Source: an uncultured Anaerolineales bacterium
Lineage (GTDB): Bacteria > Chloroflexota > Anaerolineae > B4-G1 > SLSP01
DNA: 64,000 nt
Direction of reading: 5' to 3'
Assembly (NCBI GenBank): GCA_964504195.1
Contig: CAZDDI010000010.1
Span: 22,956-86,955 of the forward strand
The notes beneath the pieces are model-generated. The model made no database searches. It worked only from the letters and a program-made list of their open reading frames with translations, and was not told the DNA's origin. Of this stretch, positions 1-9,727 are shown piece by piece (position 1 is the stretch's first letter; each line of letters begins with the position of its first letter). Both the position numbers and the translations under genes were made by a program.

Positions 1-2446
1 CCGTCTCTTCGTGATCCAGGCGGGCGACGGATGCGACACGGTCGCTGCCTTTGAGATCCATCATGCGGACACCCTGCGTGTAGCGTCCCATCTTGGGGAT
101 GTCGGCGACGCGGGTGCGGAGCATGATGCCGCTCTCGGAGATCATCGTCACCTCGTCGCTATCCTGCACCACCCGCGCGGATGTGACCGGGCCGGTGCGT
201 TCTATGACTTTGTACGCGCGCATCCCCTTGCCGCCGCGTCCCTGCGTGCCGAACTCGGCCAGCTCGGTGCAGCGTCCATAGCCGCTCACGGTAGCGATGA
301 AGACATAGCTGGCCTCTTTCACCACTTCCATGCTGGTCACATGATCGCCGGCCCGGAGTTGAATCGCCCGCACGCCACCCGCGATGCGCCCGGTGGGCCG
401 CACCTGGCTCTCGTTGAAGCGGATGGCCTGCCCTTGCTCTGTAACGAGCAACAAATCATCCTGGCCCTGCGTCAGGCGCACCCAGTTCAGCGCGTCCCCC
501 TCATCCAACCGCAACGCGATCAGCCCGCTGGGACGCACCGCGTTGTACTCGCTGAGCGCCACGCGCTTGATCTGCCCGTTGCGGGTCGCCATCGTCAGAT
601 AGCGCGCATCGGCAAAATCTGGCACGGCCACCACCGCCGTCACCCGCTCGGAGGCATCCAGCGCCAGAATCCCGGCGATCAGCGAGCCTTTGGCCGTGCG
701 ATCGGCTTCGGGGATCTGGTAGACCTTTTCCTGGTACACCTTGCCGCTATCGGTGAAGAAGAGCAGTGTGTCGAGCGTGCTGGCGGAGAGCAGGTAGATG
801 ATTTCGTCCTCGTCGCGGGTCGCCATGCCGATGATACCCTTACCGCCGCGGCCCTGCGCGCGGTAGGTGGCCGCCGGCACGCGCTTGATGTAGCCGCGCT
901 GGGTGATGGTGATGAGCACCCGCTCCTGGTGAACGAAGTCCATTTCATTGAAATCGCCATTGGCCTGCGGGATGATTTGCGTGCGCCGCCGGTCGGCGTA
1001 CTTCTCGCGCAGCGCGGCCAGATCTTCGCGGATCACGCCGCGCTGGCGCACCGGCGAGGCGAGCAGATCTTCGAGATAGGCGATTTGCTTGAGCAGCGCT
1101 TCGTATTCATCCAGTAACTTCTGGCGCTCCAGCCCGGTGAGGCGCCGGAGCTGCATGTCCAAAATCGCCTGCGCCTGGAGCTCGGTTAGCCCGAAGCACT
1201 CCACGAGCCGCACGCGGGCGGTATCCACGTCCGGCGATTCGCGGATGGTTTTGATAACTGCGTCGAGGTGATCCAGAGCAATGAGCAGCCCTTCGACGAT
1301 GTGGGCGCGCTCGCGAGCCTTCATCAGCTCGTAGCGCGAGCGGCGCACGATGATATCAATGCGATGCTCCAGGAAGATCAGCAACAGCCGCTTGAGCGGC
1401 AACACACGCGGGACGCCCTCCACCAGCGAGAGCAATTGCACGCCGAAGGTGCCTTGCAGCGGGGTATGCTTGTAGAGCCGGTTGAGCGCCTTCTGCGGTT
1501 GCGCGCCGCGTTTGAGCTCCACGATGATGCTCATGCCACGCTTGTCGGACTCGTCACGCAAATCGCTGATCTCATCCAATTTGCCTGAACGCGCCAGTTC
1601 GGCAATGCGCTCCAGTAGGCTAGATTTGTTGACCTGATAGGGAATTTCGGTGATGACGATGCGGTGGCGACTGCCGCGCATCTCTTCGATATTGGCGACG
1701 GCGCGCACGGTGAGCTTGCCGCGCCCCGTAGCATACGCCTGAGCGATGCCTTCCTTGCCCAGAATCAACCCGCCAGTGGGGAAATCCGGCCCCTGGATGA
1801 ATTCCATCAGCCGATCCACGCCGATCTCTTCTTGCTGCTCCCAGTTGTCGAGCAGATAGAGCAGCGCATCGCTAATCTCGCCCAGATTATGCGGGGGGAT
1901 ATTAGTCGCCATCCCCACCGCAATGCCCGATGCGCCGTTGACGAGCAGGTTGGGCAGGCGGGCGGGCAGCACTTGTGGCTCTTGCAGCGAGCCATCGAAG
2001 TTGTCCACCCAATCTACGGTATCCTTCTCGATGTCCACGAGCATTTCCATGGCAATAGGCGAGAGGCGGGCCTCGGTGTACCGCATCGCCGCCGGGGAAT
2101 CGCCATCAATGGAGCCGAAGTTACCCTGCCCATCTACCAGCATATAGCGCACGGAGAAATCCTGCGCCAGCCGCGCCATCGCCTCGTACACAGCTGAATC
2201 GCCGTGCGGGTGGTACTTACCCAGCACCTCACCGACGATACGGGCGGATTTCTTGTAGGGCGTAGAGGCCCGAATGCCCATATCGTACATGGCGTAGAGG
2301 ATGCGGCGTTGCACGGGCTTGAGGCCATCGCGTGCATCGGGCAGCGCGCGCGCCACAATCACGCTCATGGCGTAATCGAGATACGCTGTGCGCATCTCGC
2401 GTTCGATGTCTACGGTTTGAATGTTGCCGATGTCGTTTTCCGTCAC
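1..2446 (-). CDS. gyrA: DNA gyrase subunit A, N-terminal about 815 aa; the C-terminal end runs off the window. GTG start at 2446.
   Basis: The minus-strand translation begins [53 protein letters not shown]...[23 protein letters not shown]. This carries the GyrA active-site region and the QRDR-like motif, followed by GyrA C-terminal beta-pinwheel repeats. The plus-strand ORFs 11..1117 and 1664..2197 are antisense artefacts. Confidence 0.93.
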   Translation of the reverse strand, partial: MTENDIGNIQTVDIEREMRTAYLDYAMSVIVARALPDARDGLKPVQRRILYAMYDMGIRASTPYKKSARIVGEVLGKYHPHGDSAVYEAMARLAQDFSVRYMLVDGQGNFGSIDGDSPAAMRYTEARLSPIAMEMLVDIEKDTVDWVDNFDGSLQEPQVLPARLPNLLVNGASGIAVGMATNIPPHNLGEISDALLYLLDNWEQQEEIGVDRLMEFIQGPDFPTGGLILGKEGIAQAYATGRGKLTVRAVANIEEMRGSRHRIVITEIPYQVNKSSLLERIAELARSGKLDEISDLRDESDKRGMSIIVELKRGAQPQKALNRLYKHTPLQGTFGVQLLSLVEGVPRVLPLKRLLLIFLEHRIDIIVRRSRYELMKARERAHIVEGLLIALDHLDAVIKTIRESPDVDTARVRLVECFGLTELQAQAILDMQLRRLTGLERQKLLDEYEALLKQIAYLEDLLASPVRQRGVIREDLAALREKYADRRRTQIIPQANGDFNEMDFVHQERVLITITQRGYIKRVPAATYRAQGRGGKGIIGMATRDEDEIIYLLSASTLDTLLFFTDSGKVYQEKVYQIPEADRTAKGSLIAGILALDASERVTAVVAVPDFADARYLTMATRNGQIKRVALSEYNAVRPSGLIALRLDEGDALNWVRLTQGQDDLLLVTEQGQAIRFNESQVRPTGRIAGGVRAIQLRAGDHVTSMEVVKEASYVFIATVSGYGRCTELAEFGTQGRGGKGMRAYKVIERTGPVTSARVVQDSDEVTMISESGIMLRTRVADIPKMGRYTQGVRMMDLKGSDRVASVARLDHEET

Positions 2447-2552
2447 TGTCTGTCACCTTCTTGACTGTGTAACGCGCGCGGCGTTACGGGATAGCTAGGG
2501 CGTAATTCTTGTTCTATACGTTCTTGCAATAACATTTTTATCAATAGAGCTT

Positions 2553-2700
2553 ATCAGGAATTTTCTACCGTACATTTCTCAGCCGCACGCACTTTTAGCC
2601 ACGAATTAACACGAATTCTACGAATTTTCTTATTGCTTTCGTGCTAATTCGAGTAAATTCGTGGCAAAATTCTGAAGTGTACGGTAGCAAAATCAGGAAT
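2553..2700. mobile_element. MITE-like element. The 9-bp direct repeat atcaggaat (2553-2561 and 2692-2700) flanks imperfect 13/14-bp terminal inverted repeats (tttctaccgtaca ... tgtacggtagcaaa). The AT-rich core holds three direct CACGAATT repeats and two inverted AATTCGTG repeats at about 10-bp phasing.
   Basis: Seen directly in the sequence between gyrA and the PLD gene. Confidence 0.55.
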
Positions 2701-2942
2701 AGCACTTGAAAGTAGCGGGAGAGTTTTTTACCACAGAGATCACGGAGTTTTTTTATTTTGGTAAATTCTCTGTGCCCTCCGTGATGAATCTGACATACTT
2801 TCCACAGCGGCGTTTTATTTCCGCTAATGTCTATTGGACACATTGAGCCACGTCGTATCTGCGACACGCTGCACCTTCGATAAAAAATACCCGGTAATGC
2901 ACGTTGCCAGCAGGCCACGCATAGCAGTGGCGGGGGCAATGA

Positions 2943-5900
2943 TTAGCGCGCACTATAGCGCAACACGACCGGCAAGTAAATGGAATACCCCGTGATGAAC
3001 TGCCGCGCCGGCGTCCAAATGTTTTGCAGCGCGGGGTCTGTAAATCCAACCCGCCAGTAGTAGCTCCCGATGTGCGGGACAGCGAATGGATATGCGTAAT
3101 CCGAGACCAGGGTATCCACCAACGGCGTGAGGAATTGTCCGTTAGCCGCTACTTGCACCCGGTAACTCGTGGGCGTCAACGGCTGGGTACTGCTGATGGG
3201 ATGTACCCACTGCCACTGTAAAGCCGGGGCGCGATTCACCGTGGCGCCCGCGGCCGGGGCTTGCAAAGCCACATAGCCCGTTGGCGCAAGCGGGTACGCG
3301 CGCCCTAGCGCACCGATATTGCTGCGGATCATCCCGTCGCCGTCATCATCCGTATCGTAAGGCGTGGTGGCGGCCGGGTCGCCAGCATCCAGCGCCGGGG
3401 AATCTGCGGCCAGAGTGTAGTCGCCGCTCGCGGCAGCGTGAAAGCGCGAATCGAGGTTGATAAGGTTGTGTGAAGCGGTGGGCGTGAACGGGGTCGCGCT
3501 GACCAACCAGTCTTCCGGGCATACGCCGCCAACAGCCCGGATGCATTGATCGAACAAGTTGTAAGTATACTGCACGCCGCCATCATCCGGCGTGTTGAGC
3601 CGCACCGGCGCTACGGTTTGCCCGGAGAACAGATTGTTGCGTATCAGCCGCGCCCCGCCAGCAGCCCCGCCGCCGCTCAAATCTATCCCGACCGTCCCGC
3701 CCACGAAAGTGTTGTTTTCCAGCGTATACGTTAGCGGCGTACCCGCAGCCACATTGATGTTGACCCCGCCCTGGGCATTATCGGCAAAGAGCACGCCGCC
3801 GATATAGAGATTATCCAAAGGCGTTCCCGAACCAGCGCCGATTTCTAGCGCGTAGCCCTGGCTGTTGGTCAGCGCCAGCCCCACGAGGGTGACATTCCCT
3901 GAAGTGATGCGCACAGCAGGGCCAGGCCCAGTCGCCGCCAGCGTGGTGCTCAAGCCGCTACCACCCACCAGCGTCAGGGGTTTATCTATGATGAGGGTGG
4001 CTGAGGTCGAGAACGCCGCGTCATCCAACCAGATAACGGCGCCCGGTGCCGCTTGGGCTACGGCGGCGGACAGATCAGCTCCCGCCAATAGCCAGGTAGG
4101 GGTGATAGTCCGTAGAGAAGTCCATTCTTGCTCGAAATAAGTCTGGTAGGACTGAATGGCGGGATGCGTTCCCATCAGGCCCCCATCCAGGCCCAGATTG
4201 TACTCAGCCAGATCAACCCCACCGCTGCCCCAGGCGGCATGATCCCAATTTTGGCTCCCCACAATCAAGAACTGTCCATCAATGGCGAGGGCCTTCGCGT
4301 GCGTATTGCCACTTGCGCCGGTGGCATACATCTGCACTTGAAACTTATCCGCAGCACTGCCGAGAGCTTTCCACAAACGCAAGGTGACCCGGCGATTGCC
4401 ATCTAGTGTCAACCTATGGATATCCTCACCCGATCCCATCAACAGCCGCACGGTGACGTTGCGATCACGGATGGCCGTTTCTAAAGCGGGTTCGAATGGC
4501 AATTTTGTTCCGAATACATCGCTGGTGAACGAGGTTTGTGTCAAATCAATGGTGGCGCTGGCGGCGTTCAAAGCCGCGAGGATGGCATTATCCGAAGTCT
4601 TGTCTCGGCGATCCCGGTAGAGGGAGAACACGGCGGTGCCGGTGGCGACCTGGTGGCTCCAGATTTGTGGCGCATGAGCAATCGCGTAGGGATAGGGCAG
4701 GTGCGGATCGAACGCCGGCCCTGGGACGGCAGACCGGATGCGAGCGTCCCGCCAGAGCGTGTCGAACGCCGTCAACGCCTCGAAACCGGCCATGCCGCGC
4801 ACCTGCAATCCCATATCTGGGCGTACCTCGTCCTCAATTTCAGTATAATAGTTATGAACATTGTAACCGCCGGCAATGACGGTACGCCCATCCACCACCA
4901 ACAGCTTCGCGTGGCTATACTGGAAAGACCAAAACTCATTCCGAAAAGTCGCCACTTCGATCTGCCAGGTGATGGTATCCGCCCCCGCCTGAAATTCTTG
5001 ATACACCGGAATCCCAACCGTGGTGCTGGATGCCGTATTGGTGATGGTGGACAGCGCTTGCAATACCTCGTTGTGTGTCTGGCCCAATATCATGCCCGTG
5101 CCGCCAATCAGGATGCGCACACGCATGCCTTCCAGGTACTGTTGGGGATTCTGTGCCACCCGCCGGTAGAGTTCCTTGAGGCCACTGTTGTAAGGGTCAG
5201 TTCCTTGCAAGATGATGTTGCCAGCATGTATATCTTTCTTATCAGATATATGCCAACTCAGCGTTGCCAGGTTCACCTCATACTGCGCATTGGCAATCGC
5301 CGCGGCCATCCTTGCAAAGGCAGCCTGCCCTGAGTTCATGTCCTGAATCATGGTCAAATCCTGATACTGGTTGCTGCAGAAGGCCGGGGTTTCCAGTGCG
5401 CCTAACACCGCCTGCCCAATCGGCGACAAATCACCTTCGAATGCGCTGCAATCCAGGTCTGCCCATAGCGGGCCGAAAACGGCCGTGGAACTATAAGTGA
5501 TGTAGCCGATTTTGCCCGAGGTAAACGCGGCATCCCGAATATCGAAGACCGGCGTGGCGGCCCCATCCAGATATACCCGGATCCGGGCGCCACGCAGCAC
5601 GATTTTGACATGATGGGTCTCGGTTGGATCATACCCGGAGACTGCCGCTAACACCTGGGGCATACCGAGCACACTGCGCCCGATGGCAAAGACCACCTGC
5701 CCATTGATCCGGGCAAACCCGACGCCATAGCCGTTGTTGGCATCTTGGTAGCGAAACACAATCCCGCCGGGCACGACCCCATTGATATCCGAGGTGAACC
5801 GCATACACCCGGCGATCACGCCATCGCCAATATCACGCGCGGTCTCATAGGCAATATTGCGCCCAACGTTGTTGCCTTGCTGATGCAACTCGCTTGCGGT

Positions 5901-6125
5901 AGAGATCAGCCAATCCCCACTGGTGATAGCCCAGGGATAGCGCGAATGGGGCAAAACGCGCGCCAGGCCCCACGGTTCAGCAAAAAGCCTCCCGGCGCCT
6001 TCTGGAATCTCACAATTGGGTGGGGGATCAACGCGCGCAGGGGACACCGCCCCCGGCTGCGCCAACACCGGCGTAGATGATAAAAACGAGCACAAGCACA
6101 AGATGAGTATGAATTTGTATAACAT
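2943..6125 (-). CDS. Secreted multidomain phospholipase D-family (HKD) protein. It has a signal peptide, a LamG/ConA-like domain, two HKD motifs, parallel beta-helix repeats and a C-terminal Ig-like region.
   Basis: N-terminal MLYKFILILCLCSFLSSTPVLAQP. Two HxKxxxxD motifs: HAKLLVVDGRTVIAGGYN and HAKALAIDGQFLIVGSQN. Gly/Asn-rich beta-helix-like repeats such as NNTFVGGTVGIDLSGGG. Confidence 0.8.
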   Translation of the reverse strand: MLYKFILILCLCSFLSSTPVLAQPGAVSPARVDPPPNCEIPEGAGRLFAEPWGLARVLPHSRYPWAITSGDWLISTASELHQQGNNVGRNIAYETARDIGDGVIAGCMRFTSDINGVVPGGIVFRYQDANNGYGVGFARINGQVVFAIGRSVLGMPQVLAAVSGYDPTETHHVKIVLRGARIRVYLDGAATPVFDIRDAAFTSGKIGYITYSSTAVFGPLWADLDCSAFEGDLSPIGQAVLGALETPAFCSNQYQDLTMIQDMNSGQAAFARMAAAIANAQYEVNLATLSWHISDKKDIHAGNIILQGTDPYNSGLKELYRRVAQNPQQYLEGMRVRILIGGTGMILGQTHNEVLQALSTITNTASSTTVGIPVYQEFQAGADTITWQIEVATFRNEFWSFQYSHAKLLVVDGRTVIAGGYNVHNYYTEIEDEVRPDMGLQVRGMAGFEALTAFDTLWRDARIRSAVPGPAFDPHLPYPYAIAHAPQIWSHQVATGTAVFSLYRDRRDKTSDNAILAALNAASATIDLTQTSFTSDVFGTKLPFEPALETAIRDRNVTVRLLMGSGEDIHRLTLDGNRRVTLRLWKALGSAADKFQVQMYATGASGNTHAKALAIDGQFLIVGSQNWDHAAWGSGGVDLAEYNLGLDGGLMGTHPAIQSYQTYFEQEWTSLRTITPTWLLAGADLSAAVAQAAPGAVIWLDDAAFSTSATLIIDKPLTLVGGSGLSTTLAATGPGPAVRITSGNVTLVGLALTNSQGYALEIGAGSGTPLDNLYIGGVLFADNAQGGVNINVAAGTPLTYTLENNTFVGGTVGIDLSGGGAAGGARLIRNNLFSGQTVAPVRLNTPDDGGVQYTYNLFDQCIRAVGGVCPEDWLVSATPFTPTASHNLINLDSRFHAAASGDYTLAADSPALDAGDPAATTPYDTDDDGDGMIRSNIGALGRAYPLAPTGYVALQAPAAGATVNRAPALQWQWVHPISSTQPLTPTSYRVQVAANGQFLTPLVDTLVSDYAYPFAVPHIGSYYWRVGFTDPALQNIWTPARQFITGYSIYLPVVLRYSAR

Positions 6126-6148
6126 GATTACCCTCTGTTGTTACTAAA

Positions 6149-6955
6149 CTACCGGTAGGTTTCCGGCAGGGTGAACTTCAGCACTGGTTGCGGCACCGGG
6201 TAGTTGGTTCCAGGCAAGTATTCACCATACTGCGAGAAAATTAACAATTCCAGCCCCCACACGCTACCAGGTACCAGGATCAGCCCTTGATTCTCTGGTA
6301 ACCATAGGCACGGCCTAAAGTAGTGGATAGAAGGTTGCGAATAGGGTAAATCATACCCTAAACCATAGTTTAACAACTTTTCGCCACTCATGGCATCATA
6401 AATACCATCGAATCGGGCAATCCGCCGCCCATCTGCCGAGAATAGTCCTTCTCTAAAATTGTAATCTCGCCCGCATTCTTCTAAGGTTACGCTGCCAGGA
6501 TGCGTAGTAATGACCTCTCGTGTGTCAAGGTCAATCCAAATCGTGATGCGCTGATTGTTTTCGTCCAGATTATACCGGGTAACATATTGCACATTGGGTG
6601 GGCGCGTTGATAGGATTTGTCCTGTAGCAATTTCGAGCCAGTAACCACTTCTTTCCTGATCATGATCTACGCGCAGATATGCTTTATCCGAAGTAAAGTA
6701 AGTGGGCCGATGCGATACTCGCACCAGATTCTCGCACGCGGGCACGAGGATTTCCACATTCGCCGGATAGAGCGTCTGCTCGAAGTCCGGCGGCGCATCG
6801 CAGAGCCAGAGATAGCGCGCCACCGGGTTATCGCGCCCCCACCAGCCCTGGTAATAACTCCACCGCGCGCCGTGGTAGAGCAACCAGCCCGCCAGCGCCA
6901 CCACGCCCACGGCCGCCACGGTGTAGGTCAAACAACTGCGTAATTTCGGGGACAT
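6149..6955 (-). CDS. Membrane-anchored hypothetical protein, paralog A of a tandem pair.
   Basis: N-terminal transmembrane segment. It shares long identical blocks with the downstream paralog, for example YNGARWSYYQGWWGRDNPVARYLWLCDAPPDFEQTLYPANVEILVPACENLVRVSHRPTYFTSDK, and an identical C-terminus GTNYPVPQPVLKFTLPE. Confidence 0.7.
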   Translation of the reverse strand: MSPKLRSCLTYTVAAVGVVALAGWLLYHGARWSYYQGWWGRDNPVARYLWLCDAPPDFEQTLYPANVEILVPACENLVRVSHRPTYFTSDKAYLRVDHDQERSGYWLEIATGQILSTRPPNVQYVTRYNLDENNQRITIWIDLDTREVITTHPGSVTLEECGRDYNFREGLFSADGRRIARFDGIYDAMSGEKLLNYGLGYDLPYSQPSIHYFRPCLWLPENQGLILVPGSVWGLELLIFSQYGEYLPGTNYPVPQPVLKFTLPETYR

Positions 6956-6971
6956 AGGTTTCTCCTTTCAA

Positions 6972-7006
6972 AATGGCGAATGGCGAATGGCGAATGGTGA
7001 ATGGCG
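6972..7006. repeat. Heptanucleotide tandem repeat (AATGGCG)x5 with one variant unit AATGGTG.
   Basis: aatggcgaatggcgaatggcgaatggtgaatggcg lies between the two paralogs. Confidence 0.9.
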
Positions 7007-7027
7007 CGCAACGTTCATGCGCTGCGC

Positions 7028-7816
7028 TTACCGGTAGGCTTCCGGCAGGGTGAACTTCAGCACTGGTTGCGGCACCGGGTAGTTGGTTCCAGGCAAGTAT
7101 TCACCATACTGCGAGAAAATTAACAATTCCAATCCCCACACGCTACCAGGCGTCAGGATTAGCCCTTGATTATCAGGCAACCAGGCGCAGGGATAAAAAC
7201 TGCTCAAGGTTTGACCCTGCCCCGGAACGTACCCCAGACCATAATCTAATAGATTTTCCCCACTCGCAGCATCGTAGATACCATCGAACCGGGCAATCCA
7301 CCGCCCATCTGGCGAGAATAGCCCCTCCCAAAAATCATAATCCATCCCACATTCAGCAAGCGTCACTACACTTCCAGGCGAAGTTGTAATGACTTCTCGG
7401 GAATCCAGATTGAACCACCAATCCACGCGCTCTCCGGATTCGCGTTGCCAACCCGTTGCATACTGCACATGAAGTGGTCGAGTTGTCGTGATCTTGCCTG
7501 TAGCGATCTCCAACCAATAGCCGCCTTCCAGATAATGATCTACATGTAAATACTGCTTATCCGAAGTAAAGTAAGTAGGCCGATGCGATACTCGCACCAG
7601 ATTCTCGCACGCGGGCACGAGGATTTCCACATTCGCCGGATAGAGCGTCTGCTCGAAGTCCGGCGGCGCATCGCAGAGCCAGAGATAGCGCGCCACCGGG
7701 TTATCGCGCCCCCACCAGCCCTGGTAATAACTCCACCGCGCGCCGTTATATATGACAATGACACCCACAATGAAAATAGCTAAGGCTATCAAACATCCGC
7801 TAAGTTTTTTAGGCAT
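7028..7816 (-). CDS. Membrane-anchored hypothetical protein, paralog B of the tandem pair. The likely start is the MPKKLS ATG at 7816; the ORF stays open up to 7906.
   Basis: Same architecture as 6149..6955. About 190 nt in the N-terminal region and about 130 nt at the 3' end are nearly identical to paralog A at the nucleotide level, while the middle has diverged. Confidence 0.7.
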   Translation of the reverse strand: MPKKLSGCLIALAIFIVGVIVIYNGARWSYYQGWWGRDNPVARYLWLCDAPPDFEQTLYPANVEILVPACENLVRVSHRPTYFTSDKQYLHVDHYLEGGYWLEIATGKITTTRPLHVQYATGWQRESGERVDWWFNLDSREVITTSPGSVVTLAECGMDYDFWEGLFSPDGRWIARFDGIYDAASGENLLDYGLGYVPGQGQTLSSFYPCAWLPDNQGLILTPGSVWGLELLIFSQYGEYLPGTNYPVPQPVLKFTLPEAYR

Positions 7817-7937
7817 ACCTATCTCTATTGCTTGGTTCAGGCGCAACGATCCATGAATAAGCGAGCTACATACTCGGTTGAGTCGTGCCTGGCCCAAAAC
7901 TCGCACTCCGCGTCTTCAGTTTCCAAAAAAAATATCC

Positions 7938-8832
7938 TTATTGAGCCAATGCTGAGTCAAGAAAAAGTAGTATCTTCCTTTTGTACTCTGCTTCGTTCCC
8001 CACAATAGGATTGATATGAGGCACCCCCTCCACAATCCAAAGTTCCTTTATGCCATTCGCTGCCGCATACATCTGTTGCGCATGATGATGTAGGGGAAAG
8101 ATATTATCATCCGCGCTATGAATAATGAAAACCGGGCGGGGGCAACATGGTGGCTAAATCGTAACACGAGCTAACTTGTCCTATTTCAAACCCGGTTCTG
8201 AGCTCCGCCAAAGAGACAATGAGCGGGGCAAACGGCCATTTGGGAAATATTGAAAAAACCTCAAAACTATCATCAATTGCTTGCGAGAGGCTGCTGTAAC
8301 TGCTTTGAATAACGATGGCTTTCACACGGTCATCTGTGGCAGCAGCCCGAACTGCCGCAGCTGCACCCAATGAATGTCCCACAACTGCTATTTGCTCTAC
8401 TTCCGGCAACACAAGAGCATAATCTATGGTCGCTGCTACATCTAAGGCCTCACTATATCCGTAAGTCATTAGGTTGCCTTCGCTGTTGCCGTGACCTCGC
8501 AAATCAATCAGCAATACATGGTATCCGGCCTCAGATAAAAGACGTGCTTGCGGCAATAAGTATGTCCGATTAGCATGAATTCCATGTACCAGGACAATTG
8601 CATCGGGGCGTGTTCCGGCGATGTACCACCCTGATATTTTGAGACCATCAGCCGTTGTTAAAGTGATATCCTGGTAGGAGAGTCCAACAGGTATGCCAAT
8701 GTTTTGATTTCTTACTGGCGTAGTCAGATAAACTGCTTGAATGTACGAAACGCCCAGGGTTAGCAAGATAACAATTGAGCAGATGGCAGATAAAACGTAC
8801 AAGACCAGTTTCAAATGAAAACGGCGTAACAT
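7938..8832 (-). pseudogene. Alpha/beta-hydrolase-fold protein, membrane-anchored, broken by a frameshift near 8115-8125.
   Basis: The 238-aa ORF (8116..8832) has a transmembrane N-terminus and a GHSLGAAAA nucleophile elbow, but lacks the Asp/His region. The adjacent frame continues RPVFIIHSADDNIFPLHHHAQQMYAAANGIKELWIVEGVPHINPIVGNEAEYKRKILLFLDSALAQ*, the expected Asp and His part, ending at 7938. The break sits at a G-run (ccgggcgggggc). Confidence 0.7.
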
Positions 8833-9064
8833 ACAAGCAATTGCTCGCTGGTGCTTAGGCAGTTCCAGGATTTAAATCGTCCCAAAATCACCGGAATTCG
8901 TAGGGGAACAAGCAGTTTTTGGGATGATTATTTTCCTGGAATCGCCTTATCTTCAGTGACACTTATTTTGCGCCGCCTAACGCCAAATTTCATCGGGCGA
9001 AAAAGGCGAGCGCAGCTGAACACGGGGGAAGAGCAAGCCATTGTTGGGCATAATTCTCGTGAGA

Positions 9065-9727
9065 TTATACCCGCACCAAACTACCGCTTACGGCCTTTTG
9101 AATATTCCCCAAATATTCTATGTGTTCACCATTGACAATGATCCCATCCCCATCCGGGCAACCGTAAATCACCCGCTGATAGTTCTGTGAATATTCTTCT
9201 AATACATTCGTCGCAGCCTCCACGTCATTAAGATGCGGTAAAAACGCAAAATCCACCAATCCCAATGCGCTGCTATCGGTCATCTCCTCGCCTGTCAGGG
9301 GCGCATCGCCACATAAACGAGCCGTGCCGATCTCCGGTGTCATCAAGATCGCACCGGCACTTGTTCCAATCAATGTTCCTCCATTCGCTACATACTCTTG
9401 TAACGGGACGATCAAGCCTCTGACTCGTAACCAATAGAGAAAATGATACGTATTTCCCCCTGAGAGATGAATCGCATCGCACCTCAATAACGAATGGAAC
9501 ATGCTTGGTTCATAGTTCACATCAATCTCAAAATACACCGACAAATTGAGTCCTAGTGTTTCATAATATACTTGTTTTTGCTTAAACCAGATTCGTTCGG
9601 GATCACTTGATGATGGTATATAGCCGATTATTGGATTTTGTTTGCCTATCAGAGAGGCTAATCGGCGGTCAATCTTTGCATTTTCTGGGATCACTTGATC
9701 ACTATAGAGTACGAGTTTACGTATCAT
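9065..9727 (-). CDS. Peptidase family S51 (dipeptidase E-like).
   Basis: HLSGGNTYHF and GTSAGAILM match the PepE GGNTF and SAGA serine-nucleophile motifs. Confidence 0.7.
   Translation of the reverse strand: MIRKLVLYSDQVIPENAKIDRRLASLIGKQNPIIGYIPSSSDPERIWFKQKQVYYETLGLNLSVYFEIDVNYEPSMFHSLLRCDAIHLSGGNTYHFLYWLRVRGLIVPLQEYVANGGTLIGTSAGAILMTPEIGTARLCGDAPLTGEEMTDSSALGLVDFAFLPHLNDVEAATNVLEEYSQNYQRVIYGCPDGDGIIVNGEHIEYLGNIQKAVSGSLVRV

Noticed and set aside
11-2197. Plus-strand ORFs 11..1117 (368 aa), 1268..1588 and 1664..2197 (177 aa)
   Set aside because: They are antisense to the unambiguous gyrA reading frame on the minus strand. Their Arg/Ala/Gly-rich, low-complexity translations are typical of high-GC shadow ORFs.
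2595-3049. Minus-strand ORFs 2595..2939 and 2831..3049 in the gyrA upstream gap
   Set aside because: They lie in an AT-rich non-coding region full of repeats. There is no RBS or homology, and they overlap the MITE-like element.
8851-9135. 94-aa plus-strand ORF between the hydrolase and peptidase E genes
   Set aside because: No RBS or homology. It overlaps the 3' end of the peptidase E gene on the opposite strand, so it is likely a chance ORF in an AT-richer region.
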